Shown: positions 1 to 13,765 of the stretch, piece by piece
How positions within the stretch are numbered: position 1 is the first letter of the stretch
Layout: every line of letters starts with the position of its first letter
Origin: the human T2T-CHM13v2.0 reference genome, Homo sapiens
Strand: one strand, 5' to 3'
DNA: 64,000 bases
NCBI RefSeq assembly: GCF_009914755.1
Contig: NC_060938.1
Position numbers and translations under genes: made by a program
Notes under the pieces: model-generated
Told to the model about the DNA's origin: nothing
Databases searched by the model: none
What the model saw: only the letters and a program-made list of their open reading frames with translations

Positions 1-7
1 TGTGTAG

Positions 8-1177
<1,170 letters not shown>

Positions 1178-1260
1178 TAGTTTCAATTTCAAAAATTTTA
1201 TCTTCTAACTAATTGGGCCTGATATGTAGAAAAGCCTTTTTTGTTTTTGTATTTATTCTT

Positions 1261-1561
<301 letters not shown>

Positions 1562-1650
1562 TGTGTTTATTCTTATGAGTGTTGAGTTATTGGATTTCCT
1601 AGGTGACATGGTTTCTTATAACTACATACATATTCTTCCATGCACATTTT

Positions 1651-1677
1651 CTGACGGTTGACCTTGTTTGATCTTAG
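1651..1677 (+). promoter_or_regulatory. WDR25: 3' splice acceptor of WDR25 exon 2 with candidate branch point
   Basis: CTGAC branch motif at 1651-1655, then ccttgtttgatctTAG (AG at 1676-1677). The exon starts at 1678, 15 nt before the ATG. Confidence 0.85.
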
Positions 1678-1692
1678 GTGGTTTGGCTTTGA

Positions 1693-2514
1693 ATGACAGC
1701 AAGAACTCTGTCTTTAATGGCTTCATTGGTAGCGTATGATGATTCGGACTCGGAGGCTGAGACAGAGCATGCAGGAAGTTTTAATGCTACCGGCCAGCAG
1801 AAAGACACTTCTGGTGTGGCCAGACCACCTGGGCAGGATTTTGCATCTGGTACACTGGATGTGCCCAAAGCAGGGGCACAGCCCACAAAGCATGGCTCCT
1901 GTGAAGACCCAGGGGGCTATCGCCTTCCATTGGCTCAGCTTGGGAGAAGCGATCGGGGATCTTGCCCCAGCCAGAGGCTACAGTGGCCCGGGAAGGAGCC
2001 TCAAGTCACCTTCCCCATCAAAGAGCCTTCTTGTTCTTCTCTGTGGACGAGCCATGTTCCAGCCAGCCACATGCCCCTGGCAGCTGCCCGCTTTAAGCAA
2101 GTAAAACTCTCCAGGAACTTTCCCAAGTCATCTTTCCGTGCTCAAAGTGAGTCTGAAACCGTAGGTAAAAATGGCAGCTCTTTTCAGAAGAAAAAATGTG
2201 AGGACTGTGTGGTACCCTATACTCCCAGAAGACTAAGACAGCGGCAGGCATTAAGCACGGAGACAGGCAAGGGTAAAGACGTGGAGCCACAGGGGCCCCC
2301 TGCAGGGCGTGCCCCAGCCCCTCTCTACGTGGGCCCGGGAGTGTCTGAGTTTATTCAGCCGTATTTGAATAGCCATTATAAAGAAACCACAGTTCCCCGG
2401 AAAGTGCTTTTCCACCTGAGAGGCCACAGGGGCCCTGTCAACACCATTCAGTGGTGTCCAGTCCTTTCTAAGAGCCACATGCTTCTCTCCACTTCTATGG
2501 ATAAAACTTTCAAG
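1693..2514 (+). CDS. WDR25: WD repeat-containing protein 25, first coding exon (codons 1-274; CDS continues in exons beyond the window)
   Basis: Translation [21 protein letters not shown]...[35 protein letters not shown] matches recalled human WDR25. A GH...SMDKT WD40 repeat is cut at AAG|GTAAGA (2514/2515); 822 nt, phase 0. The ORF-track tail VRLE* is intron read-through. Confidence 0.96.
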
Positions 2515-3549
2515 GTAAGACTTGAATGAAAACTTCTGCTTTCAGATGCTCTTAGGAATACACTGCTGGAATAATAGTGAAGTGGAGGGAGGTTACAGGC
2601 TGAACTTTTTTTTGTGTGCAGATTTCTGTAATTCCCTTTGTTGCATTCCAGAAAGGGTCATCTGTGGTCAGCTCCGGGTTGTGGGTTCCTTCTGCCCCAA
2701 CCCTTCCCTGATGCTGCCTTGCTCAGGTTACCAGAGGATACTGTTTCTTATCCCTCTCGGAGGCCGTGAGGGAGGAGGTGAGAGTGATTAGTGGGAGAAG
2801 AAAAGCAGGCCCAGGACCAAGCCCTGGGGACTGGGGACATCCTCGGTGACCCTGTGGAGCATTGAGCCATGCCAGCTCTGTGCCTGGTGCTGTGCTGGTT
2901 TCAAGGGCTGTTGGGAGAGGTAGGTAGACCCAGCCCCTGGTGTCAGGGCTTGCACAGTGAGGCGGGAGCCGTGGACAAGTACACAGACTCAACCCTGAGC
3001 TGTGAGGACGGCCCCCAGTAGGACACACAGGTGCTCTGGGAGCCCAACGGGAGGGTTACCAGCCCAGCCCGGCAGGGCTCAGTGAAGGCCTCCTGAGGAA
3101 GGGGAAGGTTCGCTTGGGGATGGGGGCAGAAGGGCGTGCTTGGCTGCAGGAGCCCTGTGTATGTGTTGGCTCCAAGCATGAGGGCCTGGGAGCTGGCTTC
3201 AAGCATGTGTGGGTGAGGGACTTGAGGCTGGGGAAGCAAGGTCAGGGAAGGTTGCACGTGCCCTTCTGGGGACTTCTGGTTTTACATGGAAACTCTTTTT
3301 TGCATTGTCTTATTTATTTTACAGGCTACTGAAGTGATAGTAATGTAGTCCCCCAGTATGCAGGTACAGTGTGATAGGTCGTTGTGCCCACCTGGGACCT
3401 GTCTCCAGCCCTTCGAGCTGTGCACTGCATCCCTCCTCTCTCTCCTCGCAGCTAGCAAAGCACCTGATATGTAGCGGGTGCCAACTAAATGCTAGCTGAA
3501 CAGAAAGCTCTTGGAAAGGAAATAACTTCAAGGGACCTGGCTTCACATC

Positions 3550-3727
3550 CAGCTTTGCTGCAGAGTAGCTAGCTGGTCGACCACTGGCCGGCTGCCTTCC
3601 TGTGGAGTCTAGTGTCTCATTTGTAAAAGGGCAAAATCATACCTGGGTCATGTGCTCATGTGAGAAAAATGCTGAAAAAGTGCCTTGCACAGAGCCAGGT
3701 ACCTCATAGGCGCTCAGTAAATGGTGG
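3550..3727 (+). mobile_element. MIR fragment
   Basis: ctcatttgtaaaagggca...aaagtgccttgcacagagccagg...gcgctcagtaaatg resembles the MIR core and 3' end. Confidence 0.6.
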
Positions 3728-4624
3728 TTCCCTTGCCCTTGTTTCCTCAGAGTTCTGGAACCAACTTTCCTACATCTTTTCTCTTGCAAATTACATTTTG
3801 AGCTTTTCTCCCTCGGAAACATTTTCTTAAGTGAAGAAAGGAAGCTCCAAGTATAGAGATGTCTTTGAAATGAGCTGAATTGATGGGTGGCATTTTTAAG
3901 TGGCGAACTGGAGTCCTGAAGTGGCTTGTCTGTGCTCTTTTCTAGCAAGACTCAGAGTCCTGTGGGAGAGAACGTCATATTCTCTCTTCAGCCTGGAGTT
4001 CCAGGATTTTCCACTTAGGTCTTTGGTGCTTTTCCTGCCATTCCGGGGGCTGTGAAGTGTGCGCGGAGGCTTCTGGCATCCCTGGCGTGGATCACAGCAT
4101 GCTGGGATTGATCCTGTGGCCCCGGGGCTTCTCTGCTCTCCTTCCCAAGTCTGCGCTGCAAGGGCTGGAGGATGGGAAGCCCATCTGGAGGGTTGCTGGT
4201 GGGCCTGGGCAGTGTCTGACTGGCCCTGGAGTTCAAGTGGTGGCCCTTGTCCTCCCTGTGCTCACCTTCCTGTTGAGGCCTTCTTTTACCTGCCCGCTCA
4301 CCTCTGGAGTTCTCTCTCCTGATGGTGAGGGGCAGACCTGGGGCCCTGTGGGACTGGCCTTCGCCTGGTGGCGTGAAGTGCTCCCTGGGCCCTGCTGGCA
4401 GAGTGGCAGCTTGGGTCACTTTTGCCTGGGAAATTTAGATTTCCTAAACAGAAGCATCCCCATGGTAGTTTTTGAGCAGAGAGCACCTGAGTAGAGGCAT
4501 TGATTTCTGGCCTTGTGGAGTAGACAAATGTGCCAGGCACGGTGCCACTGGGGACGTGGGGGGAGAGACGTTTCTGCCCCCATGGAGGGGAAACTGTGAG
4601 CAGCCAACTAACTGTGACACCTCA

Positions 4625-4643
4625 TGACCAGAAGAGGGCGCAG
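4625..4643 (+). promoter_or_regulatory. Candidate CTCF site
   Basis: TGACCAGAAGAGGGCGCAG matches 13/14 positions of core CCASYAGRKGGCRS. Confidence 0.45.
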
Positions 4644-5624
4644 TGGGCCCAGCTTGGAATGGCAGTGAGGGTGGCTCAGACTGAGGGACTGTGGTAGGAA
4701 TGCCCTGCTCCTGGGCGATTCAGAGACCTGGGTCCGGGTCTGTGGGGCTGCCCTGGGTGGGGCCAGGCGCCGCAGCTGTGCCCGCCTGTCCCGAGGAGAC
4801 TGTGTGTGCTGCAGGTGATGACACTGGCATGGGCCCCTTGGGCTGCCAGGCAGCTTCTGGGGAGCCCCACCCACTGCACTGTGCACCCTGGGTTCCTTCC
4901 CAGGGCAGAGCACATTTGCTGTCATGAGGTTGGGCCAGGGTCAGCATGGCTGCTAGGGTTGGCATCTCCTGACCCTCTTTTTTTACTGTGGTGTCGTGAA
5001 CATTAGGGCTTTTATAAGCCATAGATACAAATGGTGGGCCAGGGCCCTCTCTGTTTTAAGATATTTGTCAGTTTTCAGTGATGGGGTTATTTGGCAAATT
5101 GGTTTTGGGCAAATTGACTTTGAACAACTTTTCAGTGTGAAGAGTGTATGGCAGGGGCTGGAGGAGCCAGGATGGGAAGACAGATTGGGAACCGGCGGGG
5201 AGCCAGGCAGGAGCTGTGGCCAGAAGTCCCGGCTGAGGCCTCAGGCTTGCTGGGCCACCAGGTTTGTGCGTGGCCTGGCTGGGAGGCACATGGTGTTCTT
5301 TTCCCTCCTTGGTGTCAGAGGTGGGGCAGCATGGCAGATCTTGGGGACCTGGTGATCTGGGGAAGGCAGTGTGTGGGTGTGGGTGGTGGGTCTGGAGTGG
5401 GGATAGGGCCTCGGGCACAGGCAGGAGTCCTGGCTGGCTGCAGCCCAGTCCCTGGAGGAGAGGAAATGGTGGGTGCAGCATGGAATGAGCTCAAAGAGGC
5501 GGGTGCAGCAGTACACCCTTCCCAGGGTGCTTTCCCCCTGCCTTTTGGTTAAAATCTGCCAGTGTCTTCTGGGCCCCTGCTGGATCAGGAAGGAGGGAAG
5601 AGCTTGGGGGCTGGGTGACAAGAC

Positions 5625-5830
5625 CTGCTTGGGTCCTTCCTCTACGGCCAGCCCCTTGGTTGCGTGGTCTCTGGCAAGTTACCTCACTTCTGAGCCTTCA
5701 TTTGAGTATCTATAAAGTGGAGAGAATTAAACATGCCTCGCTGGGTTTTTGTGAAAAGTAAACGATATTAGTTGTGAATCACCAAGTGCAATGCCTGGCA
5801 CATAGCAGGCACTTAGTGTGTGCTCGAGTT
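5625..5830 (+). mobile_element. MIR fragment
   Basis: ggcaagttacctcacttctgagcc...tataaagtggag...gcctggcacatagcaggcactta. Confidence 0.65.
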
Positions 5831-7333
5831 CCTGCTTTTCCCCAAGAATTTCCTCCTTTCCTTGACTTGTGCTCATGTCTTATTTTACGTAAGTAGCCAT
5901 GGAAGCATATCAGCTTCACCTACTAGACTTTAAGCTTCCTGAGCCAGAACCCATTTTTATATTCCCCAGCATCTGGCACAAAATTGTGTACATGTTAAGT
6001 GATCGATAAAAATTAAAACAAATTTTTTGGATTTTATCGCAAGCCTTTGGGAAGGGATTGTCTTTTGAGTGGATAAATCATATTCGCCACTAGGGTGCAC
6101 AGTAAGACTTAATATAAGCAGCTCATCCAAGCTTCTAGAATGTGGAAGAATCCTTGATTCAAGGTAACATTTACTGAAAAATGATTTCTTTCTGATCAGG
6201 AGAAAAACAACACAGTCCAACTTATTAATCTAAAGAACATGGAGTGCCAGTTCCTTCATATCCTTAAAACGTAGCTTCGGAATTCATACATTTCAACTGG
6301 ACACATTACAGTGGAAAGATACTTATTTTAATATGTTCTAAATGTTCTGTGAGCTGTAAAATATGCTTTTATTAGTTTTGAAAAATTTACAGCTAGAGAA
6401 ATTAAGTAAAATAAAACAATGACTCATAATTCTGCACCGCTGCTCTTTCCTGACGATCCCTTCCTCCCCTTGTCTGTGAACGTGCTTGTTTTTTTCATAG
6501 CTGTGATCCCAGCACGGATACCCTTTTATATACTCTTTTCATCTCCCAGTGAACTCTTTTGGCTTAACGTGTTTGAACACCCACTGCACGTAAAGGTAGA
6601 AATTCAGACTTTGATGCCTTTTTTTGAAGGAAAACATGTACGTGGCCTGCGTTAACCAAAAACACAACCAGCCGTTATTGAATGCTCCCATGTACAGAAC
6701 CCTCTGCCAGGCACTGAGAGGGAGTCCCAAAGGAATAAGACCTTTGGGTGGGTGACAGAAGACCCACCAGGGACCTTCTGTACCTGTATGAAAACCTGCA
6801 GTTCTGAAACACAGAAGGTTTTTAAAGAAAATATATGAATTAGATGTTGTTTATTTGCTTTACAGAATAATTTGCTCTAGAAATTCTTTCAGTAACAAGC
6901 TTCCTTAAAATACTTTGAAAAAAAACCTTTTAATTTTTGACCATGAATGTAATAGATGCTTATTGTGAAAAACTTTAATGATGCAGGAAATATGAAGTAT
7001 GAAGGAGAAACAGAAATCATTGATAACTCCCAACCCCAAGTCAGTGCCTCATTAACATGAGGGGCCTCCCTGGTCGGGGGCCCTACATTCCTATCTGTTT
7101 ACATAATTGGGCTTATTGCATAGTATGTGCAGTTTTGAATTCTTCCTCTGCTGCCCAATCTTCTGTAACGTGTAAGGGGAATTTTTCTACCTTATTAAAA
7201 ACTTTTCCCCAAATATATTTTTATAACTGTCTCAAGTTTCATACTTTGCTTCATCATTTCCATGTTGTTTCCTATAATTTCCTGCTTTTGTTTAAAAAAT
7301 AATCAGTATTACAGTGAATATGGCTATACATAA

Positions 7334-7707
<374 letters not shown>

Positions 7708-7789
7708 CTAAAGCCCTTGTGTGTGGTGAGAGTGGGACCTGATTAGATTGGCAAACCTTCAGTACCACTGTTGTACTCCTTGGCTCCCA

Positions 7790-7950
7790 TGCCAAATCTT
7801 CTGCTTGGTAGCTGTGTGACTTTGGGAAAATCACTTAGCCTCTCTGATCCCCTAGTTCCTCACTGGTAAAATGGGGATAATTGGTAAATGGCCACCAATT
7901 AAGGTTGTTGCTGTAGAGCTGAAATGAGAAGATCCAGCCTAGTGCCTGAC
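7790..7950 (+). mobile_element. MIR fragment
   Basis: agctgtgtgactttgggaaaatcacttagcctctctga...gtaaaatggggataat. Confidence 0.7.
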
Positions 7951-8299
7951 AAGGGAGAGGCTGAGGAAGCATGTTTCTGATTCCCCTGTACCTGTCTTGA
8001 TTAGTTATAAAACAAAGTGTAGAAAAGACAAATCACCCAGAATCCTCCAACTTACTGTAACTCTTGTTTTTTGTGAATCTTTTCATTGTCTCTATGCACA
8101 CGTTTTTAAAGCGTTTCAATCTCAGTGTTCTTGAGATAAATACTTTTAGAATCTAAAGAGTTTGAGGATTGTCTGTGCCAAGCCATTCATGCACTCCCTT
8201 TTCATGTACTGAACACTTGGCAGGTCTGTGTTGGAGAGCTGGTTCCCTGTCCCCAAAGTGGTCACATTTAAAGCATGGATGAGAGGATGGAGAGCGCTA

Positions 8300-8505
8300 G
8301 CCATTGCTGAGTGCTTACCATGTACTAGGCATGTTCTAAACGCTCCGTCTCCTCTTCATTACAGGCCTGAGAGGCCACTTCTGTCCTCATTCCCATTTTA
8401 CAGATGAGGAAATTGAGGCACAGAGAGGTCAAGAGACTTGTCCGTGGTCACACAGCTAGTAAATGATAGAGGCAAGCAGGGAAGCTTCAGACTCAGAGCC
8501 TGAGC
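8300..8505 (-). mobile_element. MIR
   Basis: cccattttacagatgaggaaattgaggcacagagagg...ggtcacacagctagtaaatg. Confidence 0.75.
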
Positions 8506-11158
8506 AGAAAGAGCTACCACCACTCACGCTGCCCTCCTGCCTCTGAGAATAAGGGATGGAAAAGCGCATCCCCTTCACCCAGGTGGTGTCCAAGCTCTAT
8601 CCCAGCTTCCAAATTTTGTGGTTCTGTTAAGGGACATACAGAGAAGAGATGATTTCTGGGGTGGTTTGGATTTGCATTTTTATGTATCACAGGATCCTGT
8701 TGATTTATCATTGTTAGTGAATCTGATTACATTAAGATATCTTAGATGTGCTTTGTAGAAAGTGATCTATTTCACATTCAAAGACAAGGGATTTATGGCT
8801 CTAAGTGCCAGAGTGAGGGTTTATTTCAGTTTTGAAAGAATTATTCTTGATGGATTTTACAAAATGAGATTGAGAAATGATTTGATGTGTGGAGTGAGGA
8901 GTTGTGGAGCATTATGCAGATGATTGGCAATTTATTCTAAGCACGAGGCAAATCTATTGGCAATGAGAGGCGCAGCTGGGAAGGAGGTTTGGGTGGTGGT
9001 AGTGGGCCTTTGGTATTTGGGGAGTGAATGATTAACAGTGCATCCAGGGTAATTAGATGAAGGTGAGGAGAGAATTGGTGATGTGTGTGTGCGCATGTGC
9101 GTGCATGCATAGCGTTCATCTGGTTCATTTGATAGAGGCCCATAGAGGGGAAGACACGCCCGAGGACACACAATAGGTGTTTGGATGCTTCCTAGTCTGG
9201 ACACTATATTTGCTTCTCTTCTTTCCCACCTTCCAGAGGACTTTCAGAATCATCTGAATTACCCCAGGATTGGGAGTGTGGGGCTTTAGACTGGTTGGCA
9301 GCAGAGCTGCCGAGCCTCTGGGAAGAGCCATGAGATTCTGAGCTGGAATCTTCTCTTCGTGGGAAGTGAAGTTTTTTTGACACTCCTCCTCCCCCATGTG
9401 AAAGCCGCGACATTTCTGAGGCCAACAAATGAGACATTTCCCAGTTCCAGTTGCCTTACAATCTTGTATCTTACAGAAAAAACCTTGGGTTGAAGAGGAA
9501 TAAGAAAAGGAAAGTGTAGCAGAACCCAAGCTGTGTTTTCTGCTTTTTAATAACTTCATTCCATTTAACTTAAACAGTTCAGTGTACCAAGGGCGGGGCC
9601 TTGTGCTCGCCAGAAGCTGACAGGAAGAAAACAGCCGTGTGAAGGTGCAGCCTCTGTCCTCGAGAAGCAAGCCTCATTCACTCTCATCCCATGTCATTAA
9701 GGGAAGGATAGAGCAATTTGGAAAAATGCTTTTAATGTAATTGAAAAATGCAGATTGCAAAATTGGCGCACTTAGGAGTCGAGACAGTCTAGTAAATTAT
9801 TTCTTGTTGCTTTTAAAACTCGGAGACAGTAGACTCTTAAAGGTGCTTGTCTAATGCCCAGTGATGGCCTGTGTCCAAATGAGTTGTTTTAGATTTAATT
9901 TGTTTTATCATAAAAGTGGTAAAATTTTGGGAAAAAATGCAAGAAAATGGCAGAAATTAAAAGATAAACCATAGACCCTTCATTCAAGCCTAATGACCAT
10001 GAACATTTTGCAAGCAGCGTTTCCTTCTAGTCTTTTTTCCCTACATATATCAACTAGTTTTAATCATATGGTAGGTACTTTGTTTTTGTAGCCTGCATTT
10101 AAAATCATAGGGTGGTCATTTCTCCCCCAGATTGTTAGTATTATTTCCTCTTAAGAGAAGGGTTAGGTAAGTCATTCCAACCTTTTAAGGTTTCCTTCTA
10201 GCTTCTGCTGTTTCTTGTCAGGTGTTTTCTTTTGTCTATTCTCCCAGATGAACACAGCTCTCATGCGGACCCCTCATATACTGGGGGGAGTGGAGCAAGC
10301 CGGGGGACAGAAGCCCTGAGGGGCAGTCAGAAGGTACATGTGAGTGAGACCAACTGTGTCAGCCCAGGATAGCTGGAAGCCTGCCTTCACCTGGCCTCCC
10401 CTCTGGCAGGCTTCCTGAAGTTTCCTGAACTTGGCAGAGGACAGCGTACCTTGATCTTCTACGTGGAATACTGTGATACTGGCTGAAATGCAGGGAGGAC
10501 CAGAAGGGCTTTAGAAACCTACAACCAAAGCGGCCCTAGAACTCTGCTTTGCCAGGGCTTGTGGGGCTGTTCCAGGCCTGCCTTTCCTCGCCAGGATTGG
10601 GGCACTGGGGAGCTCGGCCCCCCCATAGAACGAGGGCCATACAGAGATGAGCGGCACCCTCTGGGGCTGCTGCTGCTGAAGGTCGTTGACTTTGCAACTC
10701 TGATTGCTTGGGCATCCTGGATGTCCCTGGATTGAGCGTCTCGGTTTCTCCTCTTTATTTCTTGGCCTTTCTGTTTTATTTTTCTGGGGAATTTCTTCCA
10801 CTTTATCTATCTTTCAATGCTTTTTTTGAATTTGTATTTCTGCTGTCATAAACTTTCAAATTGAAGAATAATATATATTCAGGGAAGTGTTCTGTCATGT
10901 TTTTACATTCCAAGAGCTGTTTCTTATTTTCTGAATGTTCCTTTTTTTAATATAGCATATTGTTTTTTATTGTATATTTACAAGGTCTTTTCTTAGCTCT
11001 TTGAGTTCTTTGAAAGTTTTCCTGTTTTCTGAAATGTTTGTCTCTTTCTTATCTCCTTTGGTCTTTTTTTGTTTTGGTGTCTGTGTTCCATGTTAGAGAT
11101 TTCCTGCTGCTCATTCCAATTAGGGAGGGAGGACCTAAAAAGCTGACCTGACCAAAAG

Positions 11159-11159
<1 letters not shown>

Positions 11160-11191
<32 letters not shown>
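11160..11191 (+). repeat. (TG)16 microsatellite
   Basis: Read directly from the sequence. Confidence 0.97.
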
Positions 11192-11192
<1 letters not shown>

Positions 11193-12529
11193 ATGCACAC
11201 GCCCTTGTGTGGGGGCAAAGGGACTTTGTTTGCAGCGGGCCGGATGTAGGGTTATGAGGCAGCAGGCTGGCGCTCATCATAGGAACCCACTTGTGATTAT
11301 TTTTATGTATTTCCTTGAGCCTGGTCAGCTTCTCAGGGAGGTGTCTTCTCTGGGTGGGCTCTTGGCCTGCTGCCAGCCTTCCGGCATCTGAGCTGGGGAA
11401 GAGGGTCAAGGTCTCTGTGTTTAGTGTGCAGACTGCACTCTCCATCCTGTCCTCCAGCTTGGTTTTCTCACTGTCCGGCACATCTTTTCCCACCAGTGTG
11501 CAGATCTGTGCCGCTCTTTTTGGGGGCTGTGTAGCGCTCAGTGTCTGACACACACCATCATTTATGCGTAAAAGTGGCTGCGTCTTCTCACCCTCCACAG
11601 CGGCAGAATTATTACCTTTTGAAAATGTCTGCTAATTTAATGGTGTCTTGTTTGAGAACCAAGTGAGTTCATTTACGTACAGCTCTTTTAGAACGGGCCG
11701 GCACTTCGTTCATTCTAAACAAGCATTTGTTATCCTGATTCTTGTCCATTCATCTCCTGTAGTCTTAGCGTTTCTCTTATCTGGGCAATTTACGTACTTA
11801 CAATATTGACCTTTCATCATATTTTACCCTCTTCCCCCCCAGGGTGTTGTGTGATGTTGAGTTTTGGTATTTCATGTATTTTTTTTTAACAGAGAAAACC
11901 TGACATTTTTCGCTGTCAAGTCTCTGGCCCTTTCCCTTTGTAATTGTCCATGGCTCTAGAGCATGGCATGTCCTCCCCCACCCTGAGATCTGATAAATCG
12001 TCACCTATATTTGACCTTCATCTAGTAGTGATTAGCTTGAGCCAGTTTCAATTCTCGTCAGTGGGTCCGAGGCAGGCCCTGCGCCACCATGATGAATGTG
12101 TGCGTGGTGCCAGGGATCGATGGGCATATTAAGGAGCAGCGCCGCGGTCCCCGGCAGCCAGCTTCGTGATGCTCCCCCACACTGACGCTGGCTATTCATG
12201 ATTTAAAATGACCTTCTTCCCATCCGGCTTATTCCGCAGGGCATGGGTACGCCACAGCTTCCTCAACCTTTCCTCAAAAAAGAAATGTTGTTTTTGACCA
12301 TAAAAGAAATGCAATCTGGAAAGAACAGAAAGGTATAAAGAAGAAACAAATTGCCCATTTTCTCTCCACCCAGAGGCAATGACTGCAGACTTTTTGGTAT
12401 ATTTTCATCCAGCCTTAAAAAAAAAAAAGATTCAACATAGTTGAGCTCCAACTATACATCTAATTTAAACCCTTCTTTCCCTCCACATACTGCAGTAGCA
12501 GTTTTTAATGCTGTAATTTATTGCTTTGG

Positions 12530-13010
12530 TTTTTAGTGTGGTCTCCAAATCCCTGGGGGGCCTCAAGACCCTTTCAGGGGGTCAAAACTATTTTCATAAT
12601 AATACCTAGGAGTTATTTGCCTTTTCCATTCTCCTTCTCTCCTGAGTGTACATGGAGTTTTCCAGAGGCTATGAGGCGTGTGCTTTTGCAGTGGATTAAA
12701 TACAGACGCAGCTTTGAGAACCCAGCTGTCTTGTATTAAGCCAGACATTAATGAGATCTGCAAAAATGTAAACAATGCCTTCTTACTAATTTTTCTTGGT
12801 CTTGGAAAATAGAGTTATTTTTATAAGAATGTGCTATTTCTGTTAACATGTGGGGGGTTTGTTACTGTTACTTTTACATAAATTAATAAATATTTTAAAA
12901 TGTCCTCAGTTTTCACTTCTAATACGCGAAGTACCCATAGCTATAATCCGAAAAAACAACAGCTCTTTGGGGTCCTCAGTCATTTTAGACAGTGTAATTG
13001 AGGACCACAG
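12530..13010 (+). mobile_element. hAT-Charlie DNA transposon relic (Charlie1-like, internally deleted)
   Basis: gtgtggtc...gaccctttcagggggtcaaaactattttcataataatac and ...agctctttggggtcctc resemble recalled Charlie1 ends. Confidence 0.65.
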
Positions 13011-13241
13011 TTTTCTTTACATCTGTAATTACATTTTGGGGAATCTCACTATTGTGTTGGTAAAAACGTCAGCACATCCTAGTTCTGGGATAAGTGAGTG
13101 GGTTCTTTTCCAGCCACGTCTCTGTCTTCTTCTGCTTGGTTAGCTCTCCAAACTGTGTGATGAAAACGTGATCCCAGGGGTCCAAGCCTCTGTCACCCTC
13201 TTGCCCCTTCTCCTCTGCCCTTCCTTTGGCCCTTTGTGGAG

Positions 13242-13252
13242 ATGACTCAGCA
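13242..13252 (+). promoter_or_regulatory. NF-E2/NRF2-sMAF (ARE/MARE) consensus motif
   Basis: ATGACTCAGCA is an exact consensus match; function untested. Confidence 0.3.
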
Positions 13253-13469
13253 GCATTACAAAACCATAAGCAAAATCCACCAACTCGACCATACACTGAA
13301 ATTATCATTATCCTTTGAACACCCTCCCATCCATTTCTGGTCCATACGGGCTGTGTTTGTCAGAGTGTGCGTGCAGCTCTGCAGCCTGTCTTTCCATTTA
13401 ACATTCTCTCCCAGCCCTGCCCGCGCCACACTGTGCCACCAGCCGCCTCTGCGTCTTTGGAGGGCCGTC

Positions 13470-13765
13470 AATTTTCACTGGTTCCATGACGCTCTATCGA
13501 GTTGATTAACTGTAATTTACTTAGCCGCCCTTGGACACTTAGGTGGTTTCTAATTTTTGCTATTATATAGATAATGCTGAAGTGGTTATCTTCATGCATG
13601 AAACCCTTTTCTGTTGGATTATTTCTTTCGGATTGATTCCCAGAAGTGGGACTGCTGGGTCAAAGGGTTGTACATTTTCATGGGTCCAGATACGTCTCTT
13701 GTCAGATTGCTTTCCAAAAGGATTATACCAATTTGCACTGCCACCGCAAAGCTTGCGGTGTTGGT
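13470..13765 (-). mobile_element. Old L1 (L1M) fragment
   Basis: ttcccagaagtgggactgctgggtcaaagggt...cagattgctttccaaaagg...taccaatttgcact is typical of antisense L1M. Confidence 0.65.

Noticed and set aside
2515-2529. C-terminal VRLE* of the 278-aa ORF
   Set aside because: It lies beyond a consensus GT donor, so it is intron read-through; the WD40 repeat must continue in the next exon.
10993-11598. 201-aa minus-strand ORF
   Set aside because: It spans a (CA)n repeat and old-repeat sequence and has no recognisable domain.
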